DNA of 32,000 nt from Candidatus Nanosynbacter lyticus (GCF_000803625.1 NZ_CP007496.1:630001-662000), one strand, 5' to 3'; counted from the first letter of the stretch, positions 8,201 through 17,605 are shown. Made by a program: numbers and translations. The notes: generated by a model from the letters alone, not told the origin.

Positions 8201-10198
8201 CTACTCAGCAAACTGGCTATTATACAGCTCAGCATAAAAGCCGTTTTGCTGTAGCAGTTCGTCGTGCTTGCCTTGCTCGATGATGTTGCCGTCGCGGACG
8301 ACCAAGATTAGATCAGCGTCGCGGATAGTGCTCAGGCGGTGGGCGATGACGAAGCTGGTTTTGCCCTGCATCAACTTGTCCATGGCTTTTTGGATGAGTA
8401 CTTCAGTGCGGGTGTCGACCGAACTAGTGGCTTCGTCCAAAATCAGCATCGGCGTGCGCGCCAACATCGCCCGAGCGATCGTCAGCAGCTGCTTTTCGCC
8501 CTGCGAGATGTTCGTGGCTTCCTCGCCCAGCACCATATCGTAGCCGCCCGGCAGCGACCGCACGAAATGGTCAACGTGCGCTTCCTTGGCGGTGGCGACC
8601 ATCTCTTCTTCGCTGGCTGTTGGGTTGCCGTAGAGCAAATTTTGGCGAATCGTGCCGTTAAACAACCAGGTGTCCTGCAACACCATGCCAAACAGTTGCC
8701 GCACGTCGCTGCGCTTCATGTCCGCGATATTAACACCGTCAATTTTGATAGCACCGCTGTTAATTTCATAAAATCGCATCAGTAAATTGACCAAGGTAGT
8801 TTTGCCCGCGCCCGTCGGGCCGACGATCGCCACACGCTGGCCTGGCTTGATGTGCGCTGATAATCCTTTGATGATAGTCTGGTCAGGCTTGTAGCCAAAG
8901 ACCACGTTGTCGAATTCGACTTCGCCCTTGACGTGCGCCAATTTCACCAAATCCTTACCTTCCGCCTTTTCTTCTGGCTCGTCCAAAAATTCAAACACGC
9001 GCTCGGCGGCAGCGGCGGTCGATTGCAGCACATTGGCAATGTTAGCAACTTGCACCAGCGGCTGATTGAATTGGTCGATATACTGGATGAACGCCTGAAT
9101 GTCACCAATTTTCAGCCGGCCGTTAATCGCCAGCCAACCGCCCAAAATCGCCATGACGACGTAACCGATATTGCCGATGAAATTCATGATCGGATAAATT
9201 AAACCCGACAAAAATTGAGCTTTCCAGGCGCTTTCCTGCAGCTGATCGTTAATCCGCGAAAACTTAGCCAGCGACTTTTTCTGGCCGTTGAACACGCGCA
9301 TCACCTGATGGCCGCCGTACATTTCTTCGATGTGGCCGTTTAGTTCACCCAGCTGCGTCTGTTGGCGGAGGAACTGCTTTTGCGAGCTTTTGGCGATCAG
9401 CGTGATTACGCCGCCAGCCAACGGCAGCACCAGCAGCGCCACCAGCGACATCTGCCAGCTGATGGAAAACATCATCACCAAAATCCCCAGCACCATCACC
9501 GTCGAGGAGACGATTTGCGACAGGCTTTGGTTGAGCGTCTGGCTGATGGTATCGACATCGTTGGTGACGCGGCTGAGGACTTCGCCGTAGGTTTGCTTGT
9601 CAAAATAACTCAGCGGCAGGCGATTGATTTTCTCGGACAATTGCCGGCGCATTCTGAAGGTAACCGTTTGCGTCACTTGGGTCATCAGCCAGGTTTGGAT
9701 GTAGCGGAAAATGGCGCTGAGCACATACAAACCAATTAGCAAACTAACGACCCGCCAAATTGCCTCAAAGTGAAATTCTGGGCGCTGGCTGAGATCCAGT
9801 TTTTTGATGGTATCAAGCTGGTTGGATGGAATTTGGCTTTCAATTTCCGACTTGTTCGGTAGCCGCTTCAGAACATCAGCACCGGTCGTGCCAGCTGGCA
9901 ACGAAGCACCATTCGGCAGCTTGCTAGTGATGGTTTCATACGCCTTAATGCTGACATAATCTTCGACGATTTGGTTGGTGGCGCCGCCCAAAATCTTCGG
10001 GCTGACAATCGCAAACGCGGTGCTGCCGACTGCAAAAATCGCCACCATTAGCATTTGCCAGCGGAATTCTGCCAAATATTTAGCTAACTTCTTGACCGTG
10101 CCTTTGAAATCTTTGGCTTTTTCGCCCGCGCCCATACCGCCGCCCATTGGACCGCCCATCTTCACTGGCTGGCGTTTTTTCATGCTTTGCTGAGCCAT
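8201..10198 (-). CDS. ABC exporter, fused permease/ATPase subunit with a canonical NBD (YheH/LmrD/EfrD-like)
   Basis: 665 aa. It has a Gly/Met-rich N-terminus with EKAKDFKGT, a six-helix TMD, Walker A GPTGAGKTT, signature SQGEKQ, and Walker B LILDEATSSVD. Its start overlaps the stop of the upstream partner (TAATG). Confidence 0.9.
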   Translation of the reverse strand: MAQQSMKKRQPVKMGGPMGGGMGAGEKAKDFKGTVKKLAKYLAEFRWQMLMVAIFAVGSTAFAIVSPKILGGATNQIVEDYVSIKAYETITSKLPNGASLPAGTTGADVLKRLPNKSEIESQIPSNQLDTIKKLDLSQRPEFHFEAIWRVVSLLIGLYVLSAIFRYIQTWLMTQVTQTVTFRMRRQLSEKINRLPLSYFDKQTYGEVLSRVTNDVDTISQTLNQSLSQIVSSTVMVLGILVMMFSISWQMSLVALLVLPLAGGVITLIAKSSQKQFLRQQTQLGELNGHIEEMYGGHQVMRVFNGQKKSLAKFSRINDQLQESAWKAQFLSGLIYPIMNFIGNIGYVVMAILGGWLAINGRLKIGDIQAFIQYIDQFNQPLVQVANIANVLQSTAAAAERVFEFLDEPEEKAEGKDLVKLAHVKGEVEFDNVVFGYKPDQTIIKGLSAHIKPGQRVAIVGPTGAGKTTLVNLLMRFYEINSGAIKIDGVNIADMKRSDVRQLFGMVLQDTWLFNGTIRQNLLYGNPTASEEEMVATAKEAHVDHFVRSLPGGYDMVLGEEATNISQGEKQLLTIARAMLARTPMLILDEATSSVDTRTEVLIQKAMDKLMQGKTSFVIAHRLSTIRDADLILVVRDGNIIEQGKHDELLQQNGFYAELYNSQFAE

Positions 10199-11961
10199 TA
10201 CGCCGCTCCTTTCGCGGTCGTCGCCGACATTTTCTGCAGGTCATCTTCCGAAAGCTGGGAGGCGGCAATTTCTTGATAGACTTGGCAATTTTTCATCAAT
10301 TCCTGGTGCGTGCCTTGGCCAACAATTTTGCCCTCATCCAGCACGATGATTTTGTCAGCGTTTGTGATGGTGTTAATGCGCTGACCGACGATGAGTACGG
10401 TTTTGTGCTTGGTTTCTTTAGCCAGTGCCGAGCGTAATGTGGCGTCAGTTTTGAAATCCAGCGCCGAGAACGAATCATCAAAAATGTAGACATTCGGCTC
10501 CACAGCAATCGCCCGAGCAATCGACAAACGCTGCCGCTGACCGCCGGAAACATTGCTGCCGCCTTGAGCGATGTCATTTTTGTAACCGTTTTTTAGCTCG
10601 CCAATGAACTCGGTGGCTTGCGCGATTTTAGCGGATTTTTCGACCAATTTTTTACTAGCTTTGGCGTTGCCGTACTTGATATTGCTGGCAATCGTCCCGC
10701 TAAACAACACGCCTTTTTGCGGTACGTAGCCGATTTGATCGTACAAATCTTCCAGTTTAAGCTGGCGAATATCCACGCCGTCCAGCAAAATCTGCCCCGC
10801 TGACACATCGTAAAAGCGCGGGATCAAATTGATCAACGTTGATTTGCCGGAGCCAGTGCTGCCAATGAACGCTGTGGTTTGCCCTGGTTCGGCGGTGAAA
10901 TTGATACTTGAGAGTACCGGCAGATCAGCATCTGGATAAGTAAAGGTCACGTCTTTAAATTCGATTTTACCCGTAGCGTCATGCGGCAATTGCTGCGGCG
11001 ACGGCGGATCAACAATTGACGGCAGCGTGTCGAGCACCTCGCCCACCCGCTTTACCGATACGGCCGCCCGCGGCACCATGATAAACACCATCGACAACAG
11101 CAAGAACGAAATAATCACCTGCATAGCGTACTCCAAAAACGCCATCATATTACCAATTTGCAGATTGCCGCTACTGATCAAATGCGCGCCGAACCAGACA
11201 ATCGCCACGCTAGAAAAGTTCATCACCAGCGTCATGATTGGGTCAAGCAGCATCATAAGCCGATTGACAAATAAATTCATTTTATTCAGCTCGGTGTTGG
11301 CTTGCTGGAACTTTTTCTGCTCAATCTTTTCATTGTGAAAGGCACGAATGACTTTCAAACCCACCAGGTTTTCGCGCGTCACCAAATTGAGCTTATCCAC
11401 CAGCGTTTGCAATTTTTTGAACCGCGGCACGGCAATCACGAACAGCACGGCAATGACGACCAGCAGCACCGACACTGCCAGCGCAATAATCCAACTCAAA
11501 TCTGGCGCGTTGTGAACGGCTTTTTGCAGACCGCCAATTGCCATGATTGGCGCCATCAAGGCCAGGCGCAGTAGCAAGATTGACGTCATCTGAATTTGCT
11601 GAATATCGTTGGTCGAGCGAGTGATCAGCGAGGCGGTGGAAAATTTATTGAAATCCGCCAGCGCGAAACTCTCGACTCGCTCAAACAATTCTGTTCGTAA
11701 TTTTTGCGCCATACCAGTGGCAATCCGAGACGCCAAAAATCCAATGACAATTGAGCACAGTCCGCCCGCCGCCGTCACCAAAATCATCACTAGTCCGTTA
11801 TGCCAAATCGCTGGCATGTCTTGTTTGATGATGCCGTTATTAACGATTTCCGACATCTTGTCAGGCAGCCACAAATTTGCCATCACCATGGCGTAGGTAA
11901 AACAGACCAAGATGATAAACATCAGCCAATAGCCGCTAAAAATTCGTAAAATATGTTTCAT
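10198..11961 (-). CDS. ABC exporter, fused permease/ATPase subunit with a degenerate catalytic site (YheI/LmrC/EfrC-like)
   Basis: 587 aa. Walker A is GSTGSGKST and the signature is VSGGQRQR. Walker B reads YIFDDSFSALD, so Ser replaces the catalytic Glu. AAAGGA SD and TGGTAAAAT lie upstream. Confidence 0.9.
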   Translation of the reverse strand: MKHILRIFSGYWLMFIILVCFTYAMVMANLWLPDKMSEIVNNGIIKQDMPAIWHNGLVMILVTAAGGLCSIVIGFLASRIATGMAQKLRTELFERVESFALADFNKFSTASLITRSTNDIQQIQMTSILLLRLALMAPIMAIGGLQKAVHNAPDLSWIIALAVSVLLVVIAVLFVIAVPRFKKLQTLVDKLNLVTRENLVGLKVIRAFHNEKIEQKKFQQANTELNKMNLFVNRLMMLLDPIMTLVMNFSSVAIVWFGAHLISSGNLQIGNMMAFLEYAMQVIISFLLLSMVFIMVPRAAVSVKRVGEVLDTLPSIVDPPSPQQLPHDATGKIEFKDVTFTYPDADLPVLSSINFTAEPGQTTAFIGSTGSGKSTLINLIPRFYDVSAGQILLDGVDIRQLKLEDLYDQIGYVPQKGVLFSGTIASNIKYGNAKASKKLVEKSAKIAQATEFIGELKNGYKNDIAQGGSNVSGGQRQRLSIARAIAVEPNVYIFDDSFSALDFKTDATLRSALAKETKHKTVLIVGQRINTITNADKIIVLDEGKIVGQGTHQELMKNCQVYQEIAASQLSEDDLQKMSATTAKGAA

Positions 11962-12032
11962 AATTGTCCTTTTAGTACCTCAAATCCAGTCTCTATTTTA
12001 CCATAATACGCGACATCCGTCGCAGAGACTCA

Positions 12033-12062
12033 TTGGACAAAAGTATCAGCTGGACGTATACT
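12033..12062 (+). promoter_or_regulatory. Candidate sigma70-type promoter for tRNA-Pro
   Basis: TTGGAC (12033-12038), an 18-nt spacer, then TATACT (12057-12062). The tRNA 5' end lies 11 nt further downstream. Confidence 0.35.
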
Positions 12063-12073
12063 GTTTTTAGCGT

Positions 12074-12150
12074 CGGGGTGTGGCGCAGCTTGGTAGCGCG
12101 CACCGTTCGGGACGGTGAGGTCGTCCGTTCAAATCGGATCACCCCGACCA
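12074..12150 (+). tRNA. tRNA-Pro (anticodon CGG), with encoded CCA
   Basis: Manual cloverleaf fold. The acceptor stem CGGGGTG/CACCCCG has 7 perfect pairs. The D arm is GCGC-AGCTTGGTA-GCGC. The anticodon arm is CACCG-TTCGGGA-CGGTG, giving anticodon CGG. The T arm is GTCCG-TTCAAAT-CGGAT, followed by a 3' ACCA. Confidence 0.9.
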
Positions 12151-12218
12151 TGGAAATTATTTGAAGCGCACGTTCACTAACTAGAACCTCTGGCTATAAG
12201 CAAAATAAAGGAGGTTTT

Positions 12219-12686
12219 ATGCAGCGGCGAGTTAATGTACGCGGAATTATTATTAACAACAAGGGTGAAATTTTTTGTCAAAAATTGACTGCAAATAACA
12301 GCAAAGGGCGTAATTTTTGGTGCACGCCAGGCGGCGGCTTGGAAATGGGCGAAAGCTTGCTCGACGGTCTACGCCGAGAAATGATTGAAGAAACGGGTAT
12401 CAAACCAGAAATCGGTAAGTTGTTATTTATACAACAATTCGCCGAATCGGGTGAGCAATCAGCGCATAGCCCGAACGAGCAATTGGAATTTTTCTTCCTT
12501 ATCACCAATTGGCAAGATTACCAGCACATTAACCTGGAGCAAACATCGCACGGCGTCGAGGAAGTGGCGGAATGCGGCTTTGTCGATCCGAAAACGACGC
12601 GAATTTTACCGAGTTATCTGACAGAGGTTGACCTGGACCAGCTAGTTAACAAATTGACAGAAGTTCCAGTTCTAAGCGAATTATAG
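12219..12686 (+). CDS. NUDIX hydrolase
   Basis: The Nudix box GGGLEMGESLLDGLRREMIEETGI matches GX5EX7REUXEEXGU. An AAGGAGG SD lies 5 nt upstream of the ATG. Confidence 0.85.
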   Translation: MQRRVNVRGIIINNKGEIFCQKLTANNSKGRNFWCTPGGGLEMGESLLDGLRREMIEETGIKPEIGKLLFIQQFAESGEQSAHSPNEQLEFFFLITNWQDYQHINLEQTSHGVEEVAECGFVDPKTTRILPSYLTEVDLDQLVNKLTEVPVLSEL

Positions 12687-12700
12687 CGAGGTCACTCGGG

Positions 12701-13423
12701 CTATTTGGCGAAGAATTTTTTAGCGCGCTCGGTTTTCGGATGATCCATTACCTGGGCTGGCGTACCGTTTTCGATTATTTCGCCCTTGTCCAGAAAAATC
12801 ATCCGCGTGCCGACCTCGCGGGCAAATTTCATCTCGTGCGTCACGATCACCATCGTCATGCCTTTTTCAGCAACTTTGCGAATCACATCCAGAACTTCGC
12901 CAATCATTTCTGGATCCAGCGCTGAAGTTGGCTCGTCAAACAGCATAATTTTTGGCTCCATCGCCAGTGCTCGAGCGATGGCTACCCGCTGTTTTTGGCC
13001 GCCCGATAAACTACTTGGCAAAGCATCTGCCTTATCGAGCAGCCCGACATCATCCAGCAAACTTCGCGCTAATTTTGTAGATTTTTGATCAGAAAACTTA
13101 CGTAGTTTTTTAGGTGCTAATTTAATATTCTCAATCACGCTCAGATTCGGGAATAAATTAAATTGCTGAAAAACCATACCGATAGTTTGGCGCAAAGCAT
13201 TCAAATTGACATGCCGATCGGTAATCTTAACACCATCAACAACAATTTCGCCGGATGTCGGCTCTTCCAGTAGATTCAAGCAGCGTAAAAACGTCGACTT
13301 GCCGGAGCCGCTGGAGCCAACCACCACGACAATTTCACCCTCGTCAATTTCCACGTCAATATCGCGCAGCACGCGGTTGGTACCAAATGTTTTCTTCAAA
13401 TTCTTAACGCTGATTATCGTCAT
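12701..13423 (-). CDS. Polar amino-acid ABC transporter, ATP-binding protein (GlnQ/HisP-like)
   Basis: 240 aa. Walker A is GSSGSGKST, the signature is LSGGQKQR, and Walker B is [11 protein letters not shown]. Confidence 0.9.
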   Translation of the reverse strand: MTIISVKNLKKTFGTNRVLRDIDVEIDEGEIVVVVGSSGSGKSTFLRCLNLLEEPTSGEIVVDGVKITDRHVNLNALRQTIGMVFQQFNLFPNLSVIENIKLAPKKLRKFSDQKSTKLARSLLDDVGLLDKADALPSSLSGGQKQRVAIARALAMEPKIMLFDEPTSALDPEMIGEVLDVIRKVAEKGMTMVIVTHEMKFAREVGTRMIFLDKGEIIENGTPAQVMDHPKTERAKKFFAK

Positions 13424-14114
13424 GCTTCAACTTCCTTTCTACTCGTGCCATTACTCGTGTAAAAATCGCCGTCAAAATTAAATACATTGCCGCAGCAGCA
13501 AATAACGATTGAAAAGCTGTCGCTGTCTGGAAGCGAATATTGTCAGCGCCACGCATAATATCATTCAAGCCAATCCAGCCAACCACCGACGTTTCCTTTA
13601 ATAAAGCAATAAATTCGCTAATCAATGCTGGTAACGAATTTCTCATCGCTTGCGGTAAAATAACCAGCCGCATAGCTTGCCAATTGCTCAGACCCAGCGA
13701 CCGCGCTGCCTCCATTTGCCCCTTATCAATACTCTGGATACCACCACGAATAATCTCAGCAATGTACGCACCGCTGTTAATACCGAACGCCACCGCTGCC
13801 ACAAAAATCTTCGGCATAAATTGATACGAGCCAAACACCACGTAATACATAATTAACAATTGCACTAACAATGGCGTGCCGCGAATAATATCAACGTAAA
13901 GTTTCCCCAAGCCAGCCAGTGGATTAAATTTGGCAAGCTTCCCCGATTTCATCCTGCCAAATGGATGAAAATTCGACGTACACATCAGGGCGATAATTAT
14001 GCCAATTATTGAACCCAAAATAAGCGCTAAAACGGTTAAAACCAACGTTACTTCCAGACCGTGCCATAAAAACAACCAACGATCACCACCAAAAATTACC
14101 TCCCAAAAGTTCAC
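13404..14114 (-). CDS. Polar amino-acid ABC transporter permease (HisM/GlnP-like)
   Basis: 236 aa, with about 5 TM helices and an EAA-type loop ([22 protein letters not shown]). The GTG start overlaps the stop of the binding-protein gene (GTGA). Confidence 0.9.
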   Translation of the reverse strand: MNFWEVIFGGDRWLFLWHGLEVTLVLTVLALILGSIIGIIIALMCTSNFHPFGRMKSGKLAKFNPLAGLGKLYVDIIRGTPLLVQLLIMYYVVFGSYQFMPKIFVAAVAFGINSGAYIAEIIRGGIQSIDKGQMEAARSLGLSNWQAMRLVILPQAMRNSLPALISEFIALLKETSVVGWIGLNDIMRGADNIRFQTATAFQSLFAAAAMYLILTAIFTRVMARVERKLKHDDNQR

Positions 14115-14902
14115 GACTTTACCTCCTCGCCAAAATATTTGCGAATTAATTTGTCGTAACGGCCGTCTTGTTTCATCTTAACAATTTCTTTATTAACCTT
14201 CTCTAGCAAATCCGTATTGTCTTTTTTAATGGCAATGGCATAGCTTTCGTTGCTAAGCGCGCCCGGCAAAATTTCCAAATCAGGAAAACCAGCCGTGTAC
14301 TGCTTGGCGGGAGCATCGTCCAGAATGACCGCCTCGATTTTCCCAGCACTTAGCTCCTGCAAAACGCTAGGCGCAGTCTGAAATTGAGTAACCGAGGCGC
14401 CAGCAATTTTTGATGCCAATGTGTCGCCAGTCGTACCCAGCTGCACACCTATTTTCCGCCCCGAAAGCTGATGCTTATTACGAATCGGACTACCCTTCTT
14501 AACAATTATGCGCTGCGACGCCGAATAATACGGCTCGGAAAATAATGCGTTTTTCGCCCGCTCCGGCGTTACCGTCATACCTGCTGCCACCATGTCAATT
14601 TGCCCACTGTCTAACGCCGGCAATAGCCCGTCAAATGACATGTCTTCAATTTTCAACTCTTTGCCCATACTTTTGGCAATTTCCCGCGCCAAATCAACAT
14701 CAAAGCCAACAATTTCATTATTATCAATATACTCAAACGGCTTAAAGCCAGCATTCGTCCCCATCACCAGCACATCAGTTTTCGAGCCAATCACGCCGTC
14801 GCGCTGCAAAATATCGCCCAGCATCAAGCAGATCATTCCAGCAAATAAAGCCAGTCCAATCCACCAACTAATCCCAAATGTACGCGCTTTATTCTTGCTC
14901 AT
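14111..14902 (-). CDS. Amino-acid ABC transporter substrate-binding protein (PBP type 3)
   Basis: It has an N-terminal signal/anchor helix, then KPFEYIDNNEIVGFDVDLAREIAK, typical of polar amino-acid binding proteins. I prefer the start at ATG 14902 (MSKNKART...): TATAAT sits 6 nt upstream, and the longer ORF would overlap the divergent gene. Confidence 0.85.
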   Translation of the reverse strand: MSKNKARTFGISWWIGLALFAGMICLMLGDILQRDGVIGSKTDVLVMGTNAGFKPFEYIDNNEIVGFDVDLAREIAKSMGKELKIEDMSFDGLLPALDSGQIDMVAAGMTVTPERAKNALFSEPYYSASQRIIVKKGSPIRNKHQLSGRKIGVQLGTTGDTLASKIAGASVTQFQTAPSVLQELSAGKIEAVILDDAPAKQYTAGFPDLEILPGALSNESYAIAIKKDNTDLLEKVNKEIVKMKQDGRYDKLIRKYFGEEVKS

Positions 14903-14908
14903 GCTTTT

Positions 14909-14914
14909 ATTATA
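14909..14914 (-). promoter_or_regulatory. -10 box 6 nt upstream of the binding-protein ATG; probable leaderless promoter
   Basis: The minus strand reads AAGGGTTATAATAAAAGCATG. Confidence 0.45.
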
Positions 14915-14942
14915 ACCCTTTCTCCCTAAAAAACGTAAGTGA

Positions 14943-14948
14943 TATAAT
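14943..14948 (+). promoter_or_regulatory. -10 box 6 nt upstream of the GTG start of the LtaS-like gene; probable leaderless promoter
   Basis: The plus strand reads GATATAATGTAGCAGTG. It is divergent from the box at 14909-14914, which lies 28 bp away. Confidence 0.45.
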
Positions 14949-14954
14949 GTAGCA

Positions 14955-16520
14955 GTGAAAAGAATTAAATTTACCAAGCGCTTCTGGGCGAAATTGATAT
15001 CAATTACCTTACTCTTTTTGGCAGCATTCTTCTTAATTGCGGCACGTTATAAATCGGTTGTCTTTAAAGACTCGCAGATTGATGAGATAATTTTCTATTT
15101 TGTCAACGGACTAGCCGGCGGTAAATCTGACAATTTATGGTCGGCCGTCCTGCAAAACCTACCCCTAGTTTTCTTACTATTCGGCATACTTCTCATCCCA
15201 GTTTCAAAAAAAACCGTTACCTACCTTAATCATGGAATTACATTTTGCCTTGATAAAATTAAATCATCAAGAAAAATCATCCTGCCATTTTTGAGATTAA
15301 AATACGCTTTAATTTATTCACTAACTATGTTTTTAATCTCACTCACACTACTCATTCAAAGCTTCGGTATTCCTGGCTATATTTACGCTCTAACTCAATC
15401 AACCAAACTATACGAAGAAAATTATGTTAACCCAAAAACCGCCAAATTAACCTTTCCTGATGAAAAACGCAATTTGATATATATCTATCTGGAATCGATG
15501 GAAAACACCCTAGCCTCAAAAGCCAATGGCGGCAGCGCTGACGTCTCTGTTATTCCGGAGCTAGAAGAATTGGCTCTGAAAAATACCTCATTTTCAAATA
15601 AGGCTTCTGGTCTAGGCGGTGCCTTACCAGCAACAAACACTGGCTGGACTGTCGCGGGCATGGCCGCCCAATCAGCTGGCGTTCCTCTAAAAGAAACTTT
15701 AGTTGGCGGACGCGACCATAACTCGCTAGGTGAGTTTAAGAAGTTTCTGCCGGGCGCCTATAGCCTAGGCGAAATCCTCCAAAAACAAGGTTATAATCAA
15801 ACATTTATCATGGGATCTGAGGCAAGTTTCGGCGGACGCGATAAACTACTCACACAACACGGTAATTTTACTATTCAGGATTATAATTACGCCAAACAGC
15901 ATGGTCAAATTACTGGCGATTATAAAGTTTGGTGGGGTTATGAGGATAAAAAATTATTCCAGTTTGCCCGCGAAGAAGCCTCACGTCTGGCTTCGTCAGA
16001 CAAGCCCTTTAATTTACAGCTGCTGACTGCTGACACGCATTTTACCGACGGCTATCTGGACGAAAATTGTGCTAAAAATTTTAATAATCAATACGATAAC
16101 GTCCACGCCTGCTCGTCCAAACAAGTGGCAGAATTCGTCAAATGGGTACAGTCTCAGCCTTTTTATAAAAATACTACAATTATAATTTCTGGCGACCACT
16201 TGGGTATGCAAACATCGTACTACGACGAAAAAACCGCCGGCACCAATTATCAGCGAACAATTTATAATGCGTTTATCAATCCAGCTACAACCACTGATCG
16301 TACAAGAAACCGCCGCTTTACGACCTTTGACATGTACCCATCAACCTTGGCGGCACTGGGTGTAAAAGTTGACGGCGAACGATTGGGACTGGGCACAAAT
16401 TTATTCTCTATTAAAGAAACTCTGGCCGAGCAATACGGTGGAATTGAAAATCTGAACGCCGAGCTCGCCAAACGTTCAGATTATTACGAAAAGAAGATTT
16501 TTACCAAATCTGGCAATTAA
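14955..16520 (+). CDS. LTA synthase / sulfatase (alkaline-phosphatase superfamily) membrane enzyme, LtaS/MdoB-like
   Basis: 521 aa. N-terminal TM helices are followed by an extracytoplasmic domain with YIYLESMEN, TADTHF and SGDHLG motifs typical of LtaS-family phosphoglycerol transferases. Confidence 0.8.
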   Translation: MKRIKFTKRFWAKLISITLLFLAAFFLIAARYKSVVFKDSQIDEIIFYFVNGLAGGKSDNLWSAVLQNLPLVFLLFGILLIPVSKKTVTYLNHGITFCLDKIKSSRKIILPFLRLKYALIYSLTMFLISLTLLIQSFGIPGYIYALTQSTKLYEENYVNPKTAKLTFPDEKRNLIYIYLESMENTLASKANGGSADVSVIPELEELALKNTSFSNKASGLGGALPATNTGWTVAGMAAQSAGVPLKETLVGGRDHNSLGEFKKFLPGAYSLGEILQKQGYNQTFIMGSEASFGGRDKLLTQHGNFTIQDYNYAKQHGQITGDYKVWWGYEDKKLFQFAREEASRLASSDKPFNLQLLTADTHFTDGYLDENCAKNFNNQYDNVHACSSKQVAEFVKWVQSQPFYKNTTIIISGDHLGMQTSYYDEKTAGTNYQRTIYNAFINPATTTDRTRNRRFTTFDMYPSTLAALGVKVDGERLGLGTNLFSIKETLAEQYGGIENLNAELAKRSDYYEKKIFTKSGN

Positions 16521-17530
16521 CTATTGTAGCCGCTCGGGTTGTTGCTCTGCCAATTCCAGGCATCCCGACAAGCTTCTTCGATAGTTAATTCCGCTCGCCA
16601 ACCTAGATCTTTTTCTGCCAAACTTGGATCAGCATAACATGCAGCGATGTCGCCCGGCCGGCGCGGCGTGATTTGGTATGGGACTTCCCGGCCCGACGCT
16701 GTTTCAAACGCTTTTACCAATTCCAACACTGACGTACCGCGGCCAGTGCCGATGTTATAAACCTTATATTCATCCGGCTCGCCCAAACGTTCCAGCGCCG
16801 CCACATGTGCCCGCGCCAAATCAACCACGTGAATATAATCACGCACACCCGTGCCATCCGGCGTATCATAATCATCGCCAAATACACTCAAGTGGTCGCG
16901 CTTGCCGACTGCCACCTGCGACACAAACGGCAGCAAATTATTCGGAATGCCCGACGGATCTTCGCCGATACGGCCGCTCAGATGAGCGCCAACGGGATTG
17001 AAATAGCGTAGTGAGGTAAACTGCCAGCCCTGCTTGGTCGCCGCCACGTCGCGCAGAATTTGCTCAATCATCAGCTTGGTTTGTCCGTACGGATTAGTCG
17101 CCGACAGCGGCATATCCTCGGTAATCGGCAGCCGCGCTGGGTCGCCGTACACCGTTGCTGAGCTGGAAAAGACCAACTTTTTCACATCAAATTCCTGCAT
17201 GACATCCAGTAGTGTCAATGTGCTCTCTAGGTTATTCTGGTAGTAGAGCAGCGCTTTTTCCACCGACTCACCGACAGCTTTCAGGCCCGCAAAATGAATC
17301 GCTGCGTCAATCGTCTCAGACTTAAATAACTCCACCAGCCGCGCTCGATCACAGAGATCAAACTCATAAAACGGTACAGACTGGCCGGTAATTTTCTCAA
17401 CCCGACGCAGGCTCTCAGCCGATGAATTTGATAAATTGTCGACCACCACCACGCCGTGTCCCGAGGCCAGCAGTTCAATGATAGTGTGGCTGCCGATATA
17501 CCCAGCACCGCCAGTAACGAGAATATTCAT
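16517..17530 (-). CDS. galE: UDP-glucose 4-epimerase
   Basis: 337 aa. It has the GGAGYIGSH Rossmann motif, the YGQTK catalytic YxxxK, and similarity to GalE along its whole length. An AAGGGG SD lies upstream. Confidence 0.92.
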   Translation of the reverse strand: MNILVTGGAGYIGSHTIIELLASGHGVVVVDNLSNSSAESLRRVEKITGQSVPFYEFDLCDRARLVELFKSETIDAAIHFAGLKAVGESVEKALLYYQNNLESTLTLLDVMQEFDVKKLVFSSSATVYGDPARLPITEDMPLSATNPYGQTKLMIEQILRDVAATKQGWQFTSLRYFNPVGAHLSGRIGEDPSGIPNNLLPFVSQVAVGKRDHLSVFGDDYDTPDGTGVRDYIHVVDLARAHVAALERLGEPDEYKVYNIGTGRGTSVLELVKAFETASGREVPYQITPRRPGDIAACYADPSLAEKDLGWRAELTIEEACRDAWNWQSNNPSGYNS

Positions 17531-17562
17531 GAAGTACCCCTTTCACTGTGATTCTAGTTAGT

Positions 17563-17571
17563 ATTATATCA
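17563..17571 (-). promoter_or_regulatory. Extended -10 (TGATATAAT) candidate promoter for galE
   Basis: The minus strand reads TCTGATATAATACTAAC, about 32 nt upstream of the galE ATG, which has its own SD. Confidence 0.35.
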
Positions 17572-17605
17572 GATATAACCTTCATCAATAGGCAAATTTT
17601 TCCAT

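Noticed and set aside
8268-9739. Long plus-strand ORFs (91-148 aa) inside the 665-aa ABC exporter gene, for example 8339-8785 and 9362-9739
   Set aside because: They are antisense shadows of a strongly supported minus-strand gene. They have skewed H/R/Q-rich composition, no SD or promoter, and no recognisable motifs.
11985-12030. An inverted repeat (CAGTCTCT ... AGAGACT) between the ABC exporter start and tRNA-Pro, considered as a terminator or operator
   Set aside because: It has only about 7 bp of pairing across a ~30-nt loop and no U-tract. The region is better explained by divergent promoters (TGGTAAAAT for the exporter, TTGGAC/TATACT for the tRNA).
12074-12150. tRNA-Pro as an integration site for a genomic island
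   Set aside because: No integrase, no direct repeat of the tRNA 3' end, and no phage genes are visible nearby. The neighbouring NUDIX and ABC genes look like ordinary chromosome.
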